64,000 nt of DNA from an uncultured bacterium (lineage in GTDB: Bacteria > Omnitrophota > Gorgyraeia > Zapsychrales > Aceulaceae). The position numbers and the translations under genes were made by a program. Of the stretch, positions 12,001 to 24,000 are shown in pieces; within the stretch, counting starts at the first letter, position 1; the number at the start of each line of letters is the position of its first letter. The notes under the pieces were generated by a model. That model was not told where the DNA came from. It saw only the letters and a program-made list of their open reading frames with translations, and made no database searches. Location of the stretch: NCBI GenBank assembly GCA_937930175.1, contig CALGLP010000023.1, positions 27,205 to 91,204 on the forward strand, given 5' to 3'.

Positions 12001-15000
12001 GCTTCCTTTAGCTGCGGTCTGGCAAGAAAAGGGCATTGCAGAGCTTAAGCCGTTTTTGAAGCAATGCGTTATTCCTGAATCACGGATCAAGCTTCCCGAG
12101 GCTCGTACATTTAAAAAACTTATTCCTTGGCGTGATAAGAATCCTAAGCTTGTTGATGAACTGCGGTCGTTGTTGTTATCGATGCTTTCTGATTGCCAGG
12201 AAGTTTGCGCTAGTGCGTCCAAGAAAGCGAAATCTGGGGCAGAAAAACAAGGCGCGCCGGTTGGTATCCTCGCAAGCTCAGTGCTTAGAAATAAGGCTTG
12301 GCTTGAGGGCATCGAGGCCATCCGCTCCTGGATTAGTCGTCGTATCCGTTCGCCGGTAATATCTTTCAAGAAAGTGTTTCCTTCCAAGCCCGTAAGACCT
12401 GTTCCTTCGCAAGAAGACATTTGCCATACCTGGCAGGAGGCTGTTGAAAGATTTTATACTATGAAAAAGGAAGGGAAAAGTACCCTGGCATTGCATCTTC
12501 CCAAGGAAATTATCCCTCCGACATTAAACAAATATTTGAAACGTAAATATAGAAAATATTTCTTTTCGCGTAAAGACAACGTTCCGGCGCTTGTGCCGGC
12601 GGATGTCTTTATGCTTTATCGCACAGCGACTGCCAAGAATTATACCGTGATCTTTCGGTGGATGATTCCGGCGATCACGGAGATTGAAGAGATCGCAAAG
12701 GTTCACAACCAGTCCTGGGCCAAAACTCCCCAGGAAAGGTTCACCACGGAACAGGCCACGGCCATGATCCATAATCATCCGACAGGACATGTGGTGGCGG
12801 AAGTCGTTGACCATACGCAAAATAATCGGCGTTTTATTTATGGGCTGATCTGGAGTAAAAGAGTTTTGCTGACCCTTAAGATCGTTTGGCAGATTCGCCG
12901 GGGCAAACTACGCCATACGATCTTTAAGAATCTGATGACCTTTACAGACAACCTCACGTTAAGCGGAAACCGTTTTGACGGTAATGGGGTATTTAATTAC
13001 GCGGTCGGTATTCCTAATCCCGGGGTCATACCTCCGGAAGAATTCGCGCCTTATCTAGTCGACGGCAAGCGCATCGAAGGAGTTTTTCAGGGCCTTATCT
13101 TAAGCCAGCGTTTTCAGGCCCAGCGCGATGGTCTGGAATTTTTATGCACGTATAGCCCGGAGTCAGCTTATATCCTTCATCGCAACAATAGCGCGATCAA
13201 ATTTAACAAAGGCGTTATCTACAACGGACGGTATGCGGGCATGAACGCGATCTTGATGCGGTATCCGCTTTACAGCATGAGCGAGCTGCGTGAACTTCTC
13301 TGGAGCGGTCAGATGTCTGTCCACAGATTTTGCCGCCATATTCGACAAGAAATGGCTGACCGTACCGGGCTTTATTATCCTGACCTTGTTCGTCGGCACG
13401 AGCCTCCCTACGATATAGTCCCGGAAGCTGTGGCAAAACATGCAGAGGAATATCATTTATGCTCTCTGTTTTTACGTCAGCACTCCCGGCCTTTTCCTTG
13501 GAGTAAAAATTTGACCCGGCGTTTACGTAACGGAGCTTATCAGGTCGTTGATCGCGTGATTGAAGATCCGGCAAGAAAGAGAAAAGCGAAAAAGGTCATC
13601 CGCTTATTTCTGAAACAACGGGCCCTAAAGCCATGGACGCTGTATGGGATCAAGCGCGCCTTAAGAAAGATCAAGAGGATTTATGTTGATCTGCGGCGCA
13701 TAAGAAAATTTTCCGCTTTGAAAACGCTGAAAGCCCTACGGCACATCAGCCGTATTTTTATCCGCCTTTCCGTGCAAGACTATGAAACGCGCTCCCTTAC
13801 TATGCATGAAGCTGTTAGGGCTTTGGGGATCATCATGATGATCGTGGCCGATAACACCGATGATCCGGAAAAAGCCCTTAAAGACCGGGTGAACGAACAG
13901 GCGCTCGAAGACCTTCCGGACGTCGTGGCGCTTTTGGCCAAGCGTGGCAATACGCTTGAGGATGCCTTGTTGGTCTCTGCGCTGGGCAATGCCCTGGATT
14001 TTGCCAATAACGAGATCGCGCACCATCGGACAGGAAATGGGGATTATTCTATTAAGATTGCGATCTTGGAGGCCCTAGCTAAAGAAACAATCCAAGACGG
14101 TTTTTGGAAGAAAAATGATTGTGAAGTTCTTAAGAAAAAGCTTGAAACCAAGAGCCAACATGGTTTTTTTGTTTTTGATAACGCGGGCGAGGCTGTTTAT
14201 GACCTGCCGCTTATCCGTTGGCTTATTGCCCATGGCCATCAAGTGACCCTGGTTGCCAGAAGCCGGCCGATATTTAACGACATCACAATGCGTGAACTCG
14301 CCGAGCTTTTTAAGCAGCCCGCTGTGATTGCTTTGTTTGAAGATGAAAACAAGAAAAGCTTGATCAGCTGGCATAAGGCAATGAAAAAATCTTTTGGTTT
14401 AGGGTCTGGCGAAGCCAAGGATTTTAATTTGAATATCATTGGCACCGGCACGGCTGTCTTGGGCATTGATTATCAGGATCTTTCTAAAGATTTTATTGAA
14501 GCCTTTCAGGCTGCGGATTTTGTTCTCTTCAAAGGCCAGGGAAACTATCACACGAGTCACGTGGTCAGCTTGCAAAAAGACGCTTTTTATCTTTTGTTTG
14601 TGAAATTAGCTGTGGAGGTTGCAGGCAAATATCCCAAGGGAAGCTATGTCTTTGCCTTTGAGGCGGCTGGCAGCAATGATTCACGAGATTTTTTCAAGAA
14701 AAATTCGGGAAGAAAAGGCGCAAGGAAGTCCCAAAGCTCGCCGGTATCGTCCTCAGGGGCGGTTGTGCAGGAAAATAAAAGGGTGTTTAAGTTCAGAAAC
14801 GCTGATTTTTTTGTCTCGTGTTTATCATGCGAAGAAAGTATTGGCCAGGCGCAGTATATTGTTTGGGAGATTGCCTTGACTGATCTCACCGTTTTAGCGG
14901 AGAGAGTAAATCCTACGAGCGTTACCGTTATCCGTGTTGTTAAGAGCCTTGTGGATGCGGTTAAGAAGGCAAAGAAAGCTTTGCCGAAAGATTCTTCCAA

Positions 15001-18000
15001 TAAAGGCATCAGCTTGCTTTCCTTATATAACGGGTGTCAGATTGCCTCACAGGATATGAATGAGGAGGTTTTACAGATCTTTTTTCTTTCGTGCATTACG
15101 CAGGTTTTGAACATCAAGAAAAACGATCCTTTATTTGTTCACCGAGAATATTTTCCTTTGCATAATAAGGCTGAGTATGTTTTTTATGATCCTACGCAGG
15201 TTGACGTCATTAAGACAAGTGACGGATGCAAACCTGTTTTTCCTTACATGAAAGAAGCTTATTTTAATGATATCGTTATGCTGTTGACGGGCCGAAGCCT
15301 TTTGCCGACAAACACAAGGCACACTAAAGACGCGGGAATGTCCTCACCCATGGTGTCGTCAAACCTTGACTGCCTTCCTCAAAATGATGCCACGTGGGGT
15401 AAGGTCCTTAAAGGCCTTGGGGTTTCCTCGCTTGACATCCCACATTCTTTAAGAAACGCGAGGATTGCAAGGTGTCTGGCGAAAACGGAGAGCTTGGATC
15501 CAGAGACAACCTTGGCGTCTGAAGCCGCGATGTGGTTTCATGATGTTTCAAAAAATACTCCGCTTGATCAATATTTCATAGGCAATGAAAAGCTTTCGCA
15601 GACATTTCGTCTGCTCGTGCATCATTTGGAAGGCGCGCAGATTGCTGGAAAACTTCTAAAGCAGTGGGGATGCGAGAAGGATTTTATTAAGCAGGTGCAA
15701 GGCATGATCCTCACGCACATGGGCCCCATCAAGGGGAGCATTCGTTTTGAAGGTGAGACGGTGGGATTTATGGAATATGTGCGGCTTACCCATTTAGACG
15801 AAATCAAAAAAGCTCTTCTTTCTTCTGGTAAAGAGATGAACGCTGTGCGCAGAAAACAGTTGGACGCTTATGTTCGCAGCCTTGAAAAAGGATTTCCTCA
15901 GCCACAGACCATAGAGCAGAAGATCGCTCGAGATGTTGACCTTCTGGACTTGGCCGGCCTTGGGATGCTCAAGACAGTTTTTAATCGTCAACATGAGGCA
16001 CAATTCTTTGAGAATGGCCAACCTGAAGCACTGCTAACATCGTTTCGTTCAGCCAAGCAAAGCGCCCAAGATGTTGGGTACAATTTGTTCACGAAAACGG
16101 CAAAGCAAATATGGTTTCAGCAGATAGCGGTATTAGAGGATTTTGAGGAATTTTTCTTGTGCTTTAAGGAGAAGCGTGTAACGTTTAAGTTTTTTAAGCC
16201 ACTCTTTAGAGGATTTCTTTGTGGGCATAGTCCTGAGGAACCACTGCGCGGATATTTGGCATGCTTGCGCGCATCGTCGCAGATTGATGCTGGCAAGGCA
16301 AGCAGCGCGAGGATTGAGCTTTTGTGGCCCAAGGTTTCTGTTACAAAAAATGGGTATTTTCGCGTGACAAGAAATGCCAAGGAGATTATAGGAATTAAGG
16401 CTAGTGATGTTTCGGCCGTTAGTTATCCACCTATTGGGGGAGTCAATTTTCTTCTGACAAGGCCGCAGATTGATTTGTTGGGTGAGTTTTTAAACAGTAC
16501 CCAAGCCGTGACCCAGGATCGCTCTAATCTCTCTTATTATAGAGGGACAAAGGTAGGAGCTTCTTTCTTCCGTAGGGTTTGGTGTTTTGTGGGATGCACG
16601 ATTGTTGGAGATCAGGTCAGGCCTGATAAGTATATAAAAAAATATCTTCCATGCAATCAAGAAGTTTTTTATGGTTATGGTCTTGGTTTAGTGTTTTTGG
16701 CCCAGAGCTGGGATATCTTTTTTGCGAATCTCAAGAATCTTTCTGAGCTTCAGCGAACTTACGTGAGGGCGGTTATTTTTGATGTGCTAAGACAAGAAAA
16801 CCATGGCTTAACGCCAAAGCAAGTCCAAGACCTTAGGGATGTTTACGCCATGCTTGCGCTTGAGCCTGCGATCCTCAAAGAAGGTTTTTCTTTTGTAAAG
16901 ATTGAAGAGATCTTAGGGCTTCTCGAGGAGAAGGGATTCTTTAAGAAAGCACTGGGGCTGTCGTCATCGAGTATAGGCGTTGGGTATCGAGAGCAGGCTT
17001 CGTCGGCAAGTGCTAATATTTCAACGGATATCGCGTTAGACTTTGAAGATCCTCGCAACGTTTTGTTGACCTCAAGGCCTCAAGATCTCCCGGGCTGTAT
17101 TCGCCAAAGAGTGCTGCCTCAGGGTGAAACGATTTTGGTGCTAGGCCCCAATGCTATGCTTTACGCGGGTCAGACGATCAGGGCCCTTAGCCAGAACAAT
17201 CGCGTTGTTATTGTTCCTGTCTTTGAGAGTTCAGAGGTAGAAAAAGCTTTTGCCCAGCATAATCCAAACATTGTTATCGCGTCCAACAATAGAGTCGCTA
17301 AACAGCTTATTCAAGAATATTGCCATACGACGCAACAAAGACTTTCTATTTTCTTTTATTCTGACCTTGAGGCGATTGTCAGTGCGGGTGATTTAGAAAT
17401 TTCTCAGCGGCCAAATTTGAGCATTGCCGATGATGATATTTCTCTTGTGACACAAGCGATCCAGTGCCATGCGACACAACTTCCACGCAAAGATTTTCCT
17501 CATCGAACAGCTTACGACAAAGCTGTTGTGCCTTTAGCAGAGGTCGCGGCCATGATTGCAAATTATTTAGGGCTTACTTTGGCATCTGGAAAATATGCCA
17601 ACAATTTTGTTGTAACCAAAATAACAAGAAAAGGGGTATTGCTGGCACCAGCACTTTTTAAGAAGTACCAACTTGTTTTCAATGGGGCAAAGCCCTCAAA
17701 AGGTTTTGTCGGCATTGCATTGTATGAAGATCAGCCAGTTTTGTTTAGCTCTCCGCATCCTGATGATCCGGAAATTGGCGCAGGCTTTTTGATTCTCCAA
17801 CTATTGCAAGGGGGAATTGATATTCACAACATTGTTCATTCTTCTGGAAAAAATGGTGTTCAAAGCAGTGACGCTCTCTTATCTGATTTTTCTAAAAGGC
17901 GAAATCTTTCAACAGATGAAGCAATGGCTCATATAAGAGGGTGGGAATCTCAGCATGCCGCAGTGTTTTTGCGATCAGTTTTGCTCGCCATGCAGAGATT

Positions 18001-21000
18001 AAGGGGTGATGGCGATATCACTGTACTAGAAGCCATGTTGGATTATTATTTTGATGATCCGCAAGATCGAGATTTGTATATCTATGAGGAATTTTCAGAT
18101 CTTATTGCAAGGCATCTTCGTTTTCAAGAGAAAACCGGTAAGACATCATTGCCCTTTTTAGCGGTGTTAACGCATCCGGTTGACATGCAACCCACCCATG
18201 TTGAGGTTTACAAGAGAAGCATTGAGGCTCTAAAAAAACTGGCTCAGAAATATGGTATTGAAATCCAAGTTATTTTTTATTCTTCTCCCTGGCAAGGCAA
18301 CCACAACACGTATTTCCAGTATTCTTCCAAGGATGTCTTGGGCCAAAAGGCTGTTTCTCGGGAAGGAAAGATCGCAGGACTTCTTTCTCAGGGCATGGCT
18401 TATTTTACTCCAGAATTAATAAAAGAGACCTTTGGGTTGCATGTGCCTACTTTAGGTGAGGTGGGCGGAGACCGTGTTGAGCGCTTTAGAAGAAGTGTGT
18501 TTGAACCAAAGATATCTTCAACGCTTGCCATAAGCTCATCAACCACATTCTGCTTAGGAATTAACGAGCTCCTTTCAAGGGTTAAGGACATGCCTGCTTT
18601 TGAACTTTTGTCTGCCTTGGATCTTCAAAAGGCCAAGCTTCTTAAGACAATAAAGACGAACCTTTTTGACGTGCAGACTATCAAGATGCCAAAGCGTTGG
18701 AATTTTATGAAGCCTCCCACTGGATGTCAGATTTTTCACAATGAACTAGCTCCAACGCGTTATTTTGATCTTGTCTATAACAACAAAGGACACCTGATCG
18801 CAGTATTTCCTGTTGTTTCTCAAGATGTATTAAGGCGTTTTGGGCGGGATCGCTTATTTTATTTTGATTTTACAGCATATTATTTTGAGCTGCCTAGCAT
18901 GAGCGATCCAGAGGCTAGAAAAAAGTGGAAAGAGTTTGCGGTTGAGAGTTTGCGGGATAAGGCTGTTATCGAAGCCTACAAGAAGCAGAGAAAAGTTTCA
19001 GACCTTGTCAAAGAATTTCCAACCCAAAAACAGCTTCCTTATGTTTATGCTGAATTTATTCCAGAGTTAGGGATGCCGTTGTTGATTCAATTTGATCCAT
19101 TGGAATTGCTTGAGGAAGATTCTGCTTTATGGCAGCAAGAAGTAAAATTTCAAAGGATCTTTTCTGTAGCTTTGAATAATCCAAGAGTTATTTTCCCGAT
19201 TTTTCCAACAGTTTATTCTCCTGCTACCGAGCAAAACCAGATGAGTGATTTTACCTATTTGAGGTATGTTTATGGTCTTGGTAGCAATCTAAAGCTTGGC
19301 GCAGAGGAGATGAGTTTAGTTGTTGGCCCAGGGTCAGGGATTGATGCTTGGCTTGTTTGGCTGGCAACAGGACAAACCGTATACGTCGTCGGTATTAATC
19401 CTTTGGAAATTGCCAATACAGGGGCTCTGGCCAGGCTAGCAGGCTTTAGCGTTGAAGCTAAAATTCATGATAATATTCTTACAAAAAGCGGAAAGTCGAT
19501 TTTTGGCAGCAAGAAATTTGTTTTGGTGTGTGCCAACGCGCCTTTTTCAGAAGACTCACCTCTGCCCCCTCATACCTTGGCTGATTTAGTTGCTAGTTTA
19601 GTGATTAGGTTCTTACTTACCTTTGAGCTTATGAGGCCAGCAAGACTTATGTCGTATTGGGATGGCGATGAAGGTAAATTTATAACAGGCCTTGCCAAGG
19701 GGATCTATAAGGTTTTGGATCGTCAAAAGGGACGCAGCGTTATATGGGAAAGGGTGTCTACATCAAGGATCAACCATGACAAGATATTTCGGTCTGTGGG
19801 CTTGGAGCTTGTTTGGGTGGCATCTGACGATGATGACGAAATCGACATTGTCTATGTTCTTAAGGTGAAGAATCAGGCCTCCTCGTCCATTCCTTTTAAC
19901 AAGCGCCGCGGAAAAGGAAGGTTCCACGAATCTGAGCCGATGCTGCAGGATTATTTTGTGCGGTTGGTTAAAATCAATCTGGAGCTTATTAGCCTGAGTG
20001 CCAAGCGTACAGCGTTGCAGTGGCGGCAAAAAGCGATCCTTGCTGATATAAATGATTTGGCGGAGTCTTCAGATGTAGGGCAGCGCGTTGACTTAACAGA
20101 GAAAGCTGCCAAAACCGCGGCCGATCTCCAGGCGATTGTTGAGCAGCTTGATCGCCTTTGGGTAGATCTTGAGGTGTTTGTCCAAGAGATCGATTCGGCG
20201 CAGGTCGATGCTGCGCCGCAGGATCTTTTTGCCCAGGCTAATATGAAGTTGCAGGAAGCTGTCATCTTTATTCAAGCGCACAATGAGCCGGCAGCCAATG
20301 CCATCTTGGTTTCGGTATTTGAGTCTTTTCGCAAGGAATTGTTGAATGTGATCCAAAAGAGAGCTGACAAGCCTTATGATCAAGAACGCATTACGGTTGA
20401 GCCGGGATCAGGAAAGATATCGATTGTCCGAGGCCGTAACATCAAATACGCACTTAATCAGCGCAAGGGCAAGGGTACGATCTTTAGGATTTATGATGAT
20501 GTTGCGTATGCATCGCTTGGCCAAGCTTTTGGGGCCGTTGACCATGAACTGCAAGGGGAGATCGCTGAATTACTGAGCTTAAGAGATATTTATCGGGAAA
20601 TTCGCGACGTACGAAATCTTTTAGAAACTGCCATCATGCCGCTTTCGGTTGCTGATAAGCGCAAAGGCGCTCAGCCGCAGGTCCCTGATGCTGAGGCCCA
20701 AAGAATTCAGTTGATGCTTGTCGGGATCCAGCAAAAGCTGTCCAGGGTCACCCTGGAAGAGAAGAAGATCATTCTTTATGCGCTGAAGCTTGGCTTGGAT
20801 CTTTTTTCTCTTGATCAATGGCGGGCCATCTATTCTGTCTTAGGGGTTGCTTTGATGTTCATCCAGGCAAGGGGCGAAGCTGTTAAAGGTATTGCGCAGA
20901 GAGTTGTGAGCGGCCGGTTGCAAGACCTTGAAAAGATCGCCGCAGATCGTCAGGGGGAATTATCTTTACTGATCAAGAAGATCAAAGCAGAAATCGCGGA

Positions 21001-24000
21001 GGACAACTTTGACGGTGCTTTGGGCAAATTTGAAGAGATGATCACCTCAGAGAAGATCAAACCATATCTGGCAGAAATTGAATTTAGCCAAATGCCTGCG
21101 CTACTTAAGCTTGCTCGCCGTCTTATTCGCGACCCTGCCAACAAAGAAAAGGTTATCGAAGTGCTATTGCTTTGCGATGCCATCATCGAGGATACGAAGG
21201 ACTTGGCCGAATTTATGAAAGCATTTCGCAGGGTGTATGTTTTTGAGAACATTCGCCAAAAGGGTTTACGCTTAACCATAGCGCAGGCCTTTGAGGGTAC
21301 ATATGCGCAGTTTATTAAGAAAAAAGGCTTAGCCCGGGGGTCTCCGCAAGCGGAGATCTCCTGGACTTTGTTTTATCGTGCTGTGTTTATCCCGCCTCTC
21401 ATCGATAACCCCCAAGACAAAACGACGCGCATCCCGTATCCTGTCTTTTTAGCCGCAGGTGATTTACTCGACATTAAGCGCGTTAGTCATTTTAATCTGC
21501 TTTCCCGCATTTTCCGGTCTTTATTACAAGAGCTCATCAAGGAGGACAAAATCTGCTACGGGGATCTCTCTCAAGAGGAAAGAGACGATCTTGTGAACAG
21601 TTTGGCCGCGCTTCATGATCTTTCTGAGGCTGATCAAGCTCTGCTCGCGGCGGCCCAGCGCGCAAGTTCGGTGAGCAGAACGGAAATCAGAGGTGGCAGT
21701 GATCTGAATGACCCTGATTCTACTAAGCCTTTGGATGATCCTGATCAGAATGCAAAGGTTGAGAATCCTGATGATTTGCTCAAAGAGCCGTCAAAATCAC
21801 CCAGAGAAGTAAAAATTGAACAAGAATTTTCTTGTTCGAATAATTGTAATCCCTGCACGCGGTGCATGTCATCGACTTTGCAGACGCCCATGTTTCTGTC
21901 CGCAGAGAAGATGCTTAGGCGTCAGCGCATGATGTGGCTCATTCGCGTTGCGGCGGATCAGGATGAGGAATTATTTAAAGAAATGGAGCAATTATTTAGC
22001 CAGAATCCGGAAAAAGGTAAGGTTTTTGCAGCCATTCATCATTGTCGTAAAGTTGGCCTTTCCAAGCTTTACATGCACGCAGGGGGGATAGGATCCCCAA
22101 AACAGTTATACAAGGTGTTTGATGCGATTATCGATGATATCTTAGCAAACAATCCAAAGGCCAAAGAACTCTATGAAGAAGCCGATGTGCTTTTTCAGGG
22201 TGAGCAGAAATATGTTTCTCAGCTTACAAAAGACGATTTGTTTAATATTATTTGGGTTTTGCGTCAGATGAGCATAGAGGAAAAGGAGAAACTTGAGCAC
22301 TTGATCATGCTCTTTCCGGCGGCCATGGAGCATGCCCGTTATAGTTACCTGGTTAGAAGTATTTCTGAAGCAGGCGATACGCTGCGAAAGATTGCCGCAG
22401 GCGAATATATATATGACATTGTTGATGAAAGGCAGAAGCAGTACAGCAGTGAGTCTGCCTGTATTCATGGTAAAAAAGTTTTTGCTTATATAAGGCATTT
22501 TGCAGAAATCCCTTATGTGGCTCAAAAGGTTATTGAGTATCGAGATCTGAGAGGGAAAGCTAAAGCGCTTAAGGACGAGAATCCCAAGATCCTGTTTGCT
22601 AGGGTCAGGAGCATTATTCAGGAGGCTTATGTATCAGAAGATCAGGATTTGTGGAATCGCCTGGTCAAAGATTTGCCCTATCTTCCTGGCATGCAAGTCT
22701 TGGCTGAGCTTAGAAGTCGTTTTAGAAAGAAAATAAGCCAGCGATTGGCTGCGTTAACCTACCAAGCACAAGGCCAGGACTGTAGATTTGCGACAGTAAA
22801 ATCAAGGACAGATTTTGAGCCGGAAGACACAACAAAAGTTATTAACAATCTTGTTTCGCATCCAAGCGTATTTTTTCAATTATTAAATGAAGAAAATTAT
22901 CCTTTGATGGGCAAGCGCCGGATGATCCTGAAGAGAGTCGGCCACTTGATTGAGAAGGCGCGTAAGCTTGTGAAAGACTACGAATACAGCCAAGCAGAAA
23001 CTTTGTATAAGGAAGCGCGGGAGGTGTTAAAGGGAATAGGTCCTGATGTGAGGGCATCGGAGTCGTTAAACAAGAGCATTGAGAAAGGTTTGGTAGAGGT
23101 CAGTACGCTTCTCGAGAACGAAAAACACCATGAAGAGATTGTTGCAGAAATACAAGGTGCGGAAAAATGGATAAAAGAGGGTCAGTATGAACAAGCGAAG
23201 GCTTCGTACGATAAGGCTCAAGCGATCTCGAAAGACTTAAGTCCTGATGCAGAGATGTTTTCGCTTTTAAGCAAAAGGATCACGAAAGGCTTAGCGGAGG
23301 TCGAGAGGCTTCAGGGCAGAGAAAAAACAATCACAGAGCTTTACGTGATTATAGAGAAAGCAAGAAAGCTCACGCGAGATGGCCACTATGAAGAAGCGAA
23401 AGGGTTTTATCAAGAAGCTCAAGAGATATTAAGCGCCGCAGGATCGGGTGGCGGGATGGCATTTCGATCTTTAAACCTAATCATCAAGAATGGCTTGGAA
23501 AAAATAAGCAGGCTTCAAGGCATAAGAGCCGCGACCAAAAGACTCAGCGGGATAGTGAGAACAGTAGAAGAGCTTAAGAGAGAAGGTAAATACAAAGAAG
23601 CGGAAGATTCTTACCTGGAGGCTCAAGAGATATTAAACATGGGAGGCTTGGGTAAGAGGGTTGTTCGGTCTTTTAGAAACAGGATCAAGAAAGACTTAGC
23701 CAAGGTAATCAGGCTTCAGGACAGGGAAAAATTCTACATGACAGTAGGGAAAGCAAGAAAGCTCACGCGAGATGGCCACTATGAAGAAGCGAAAGGGTTT
23801 TATCAAGAAGCTCAAGAGATATTGAGTCGCGCAGATTTTAGCAAGAGGGTGTTTAGTTCTTTTAAGAAGCGGATCGCAAAAGGCTTGGCAGAAGTATTCA
23901 GGATGCAGCGGGCATTTGAAATTCAAGAGGCAAAGAAAACTATTAAAAAGATTTCTAAGATGATGGTTGTCATGAAAGACTTTTCAAGAATGAATATTAC

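Noticed and set aside
22920-23940. Possible CRISPR array suggested by regularly spaced repeats
   Set aside because: The repeats are ~200 nt coding units inside an open frame (helical protein repeats). They are not 25-40-nt repeats with unique spacers, and there are no cas genes.
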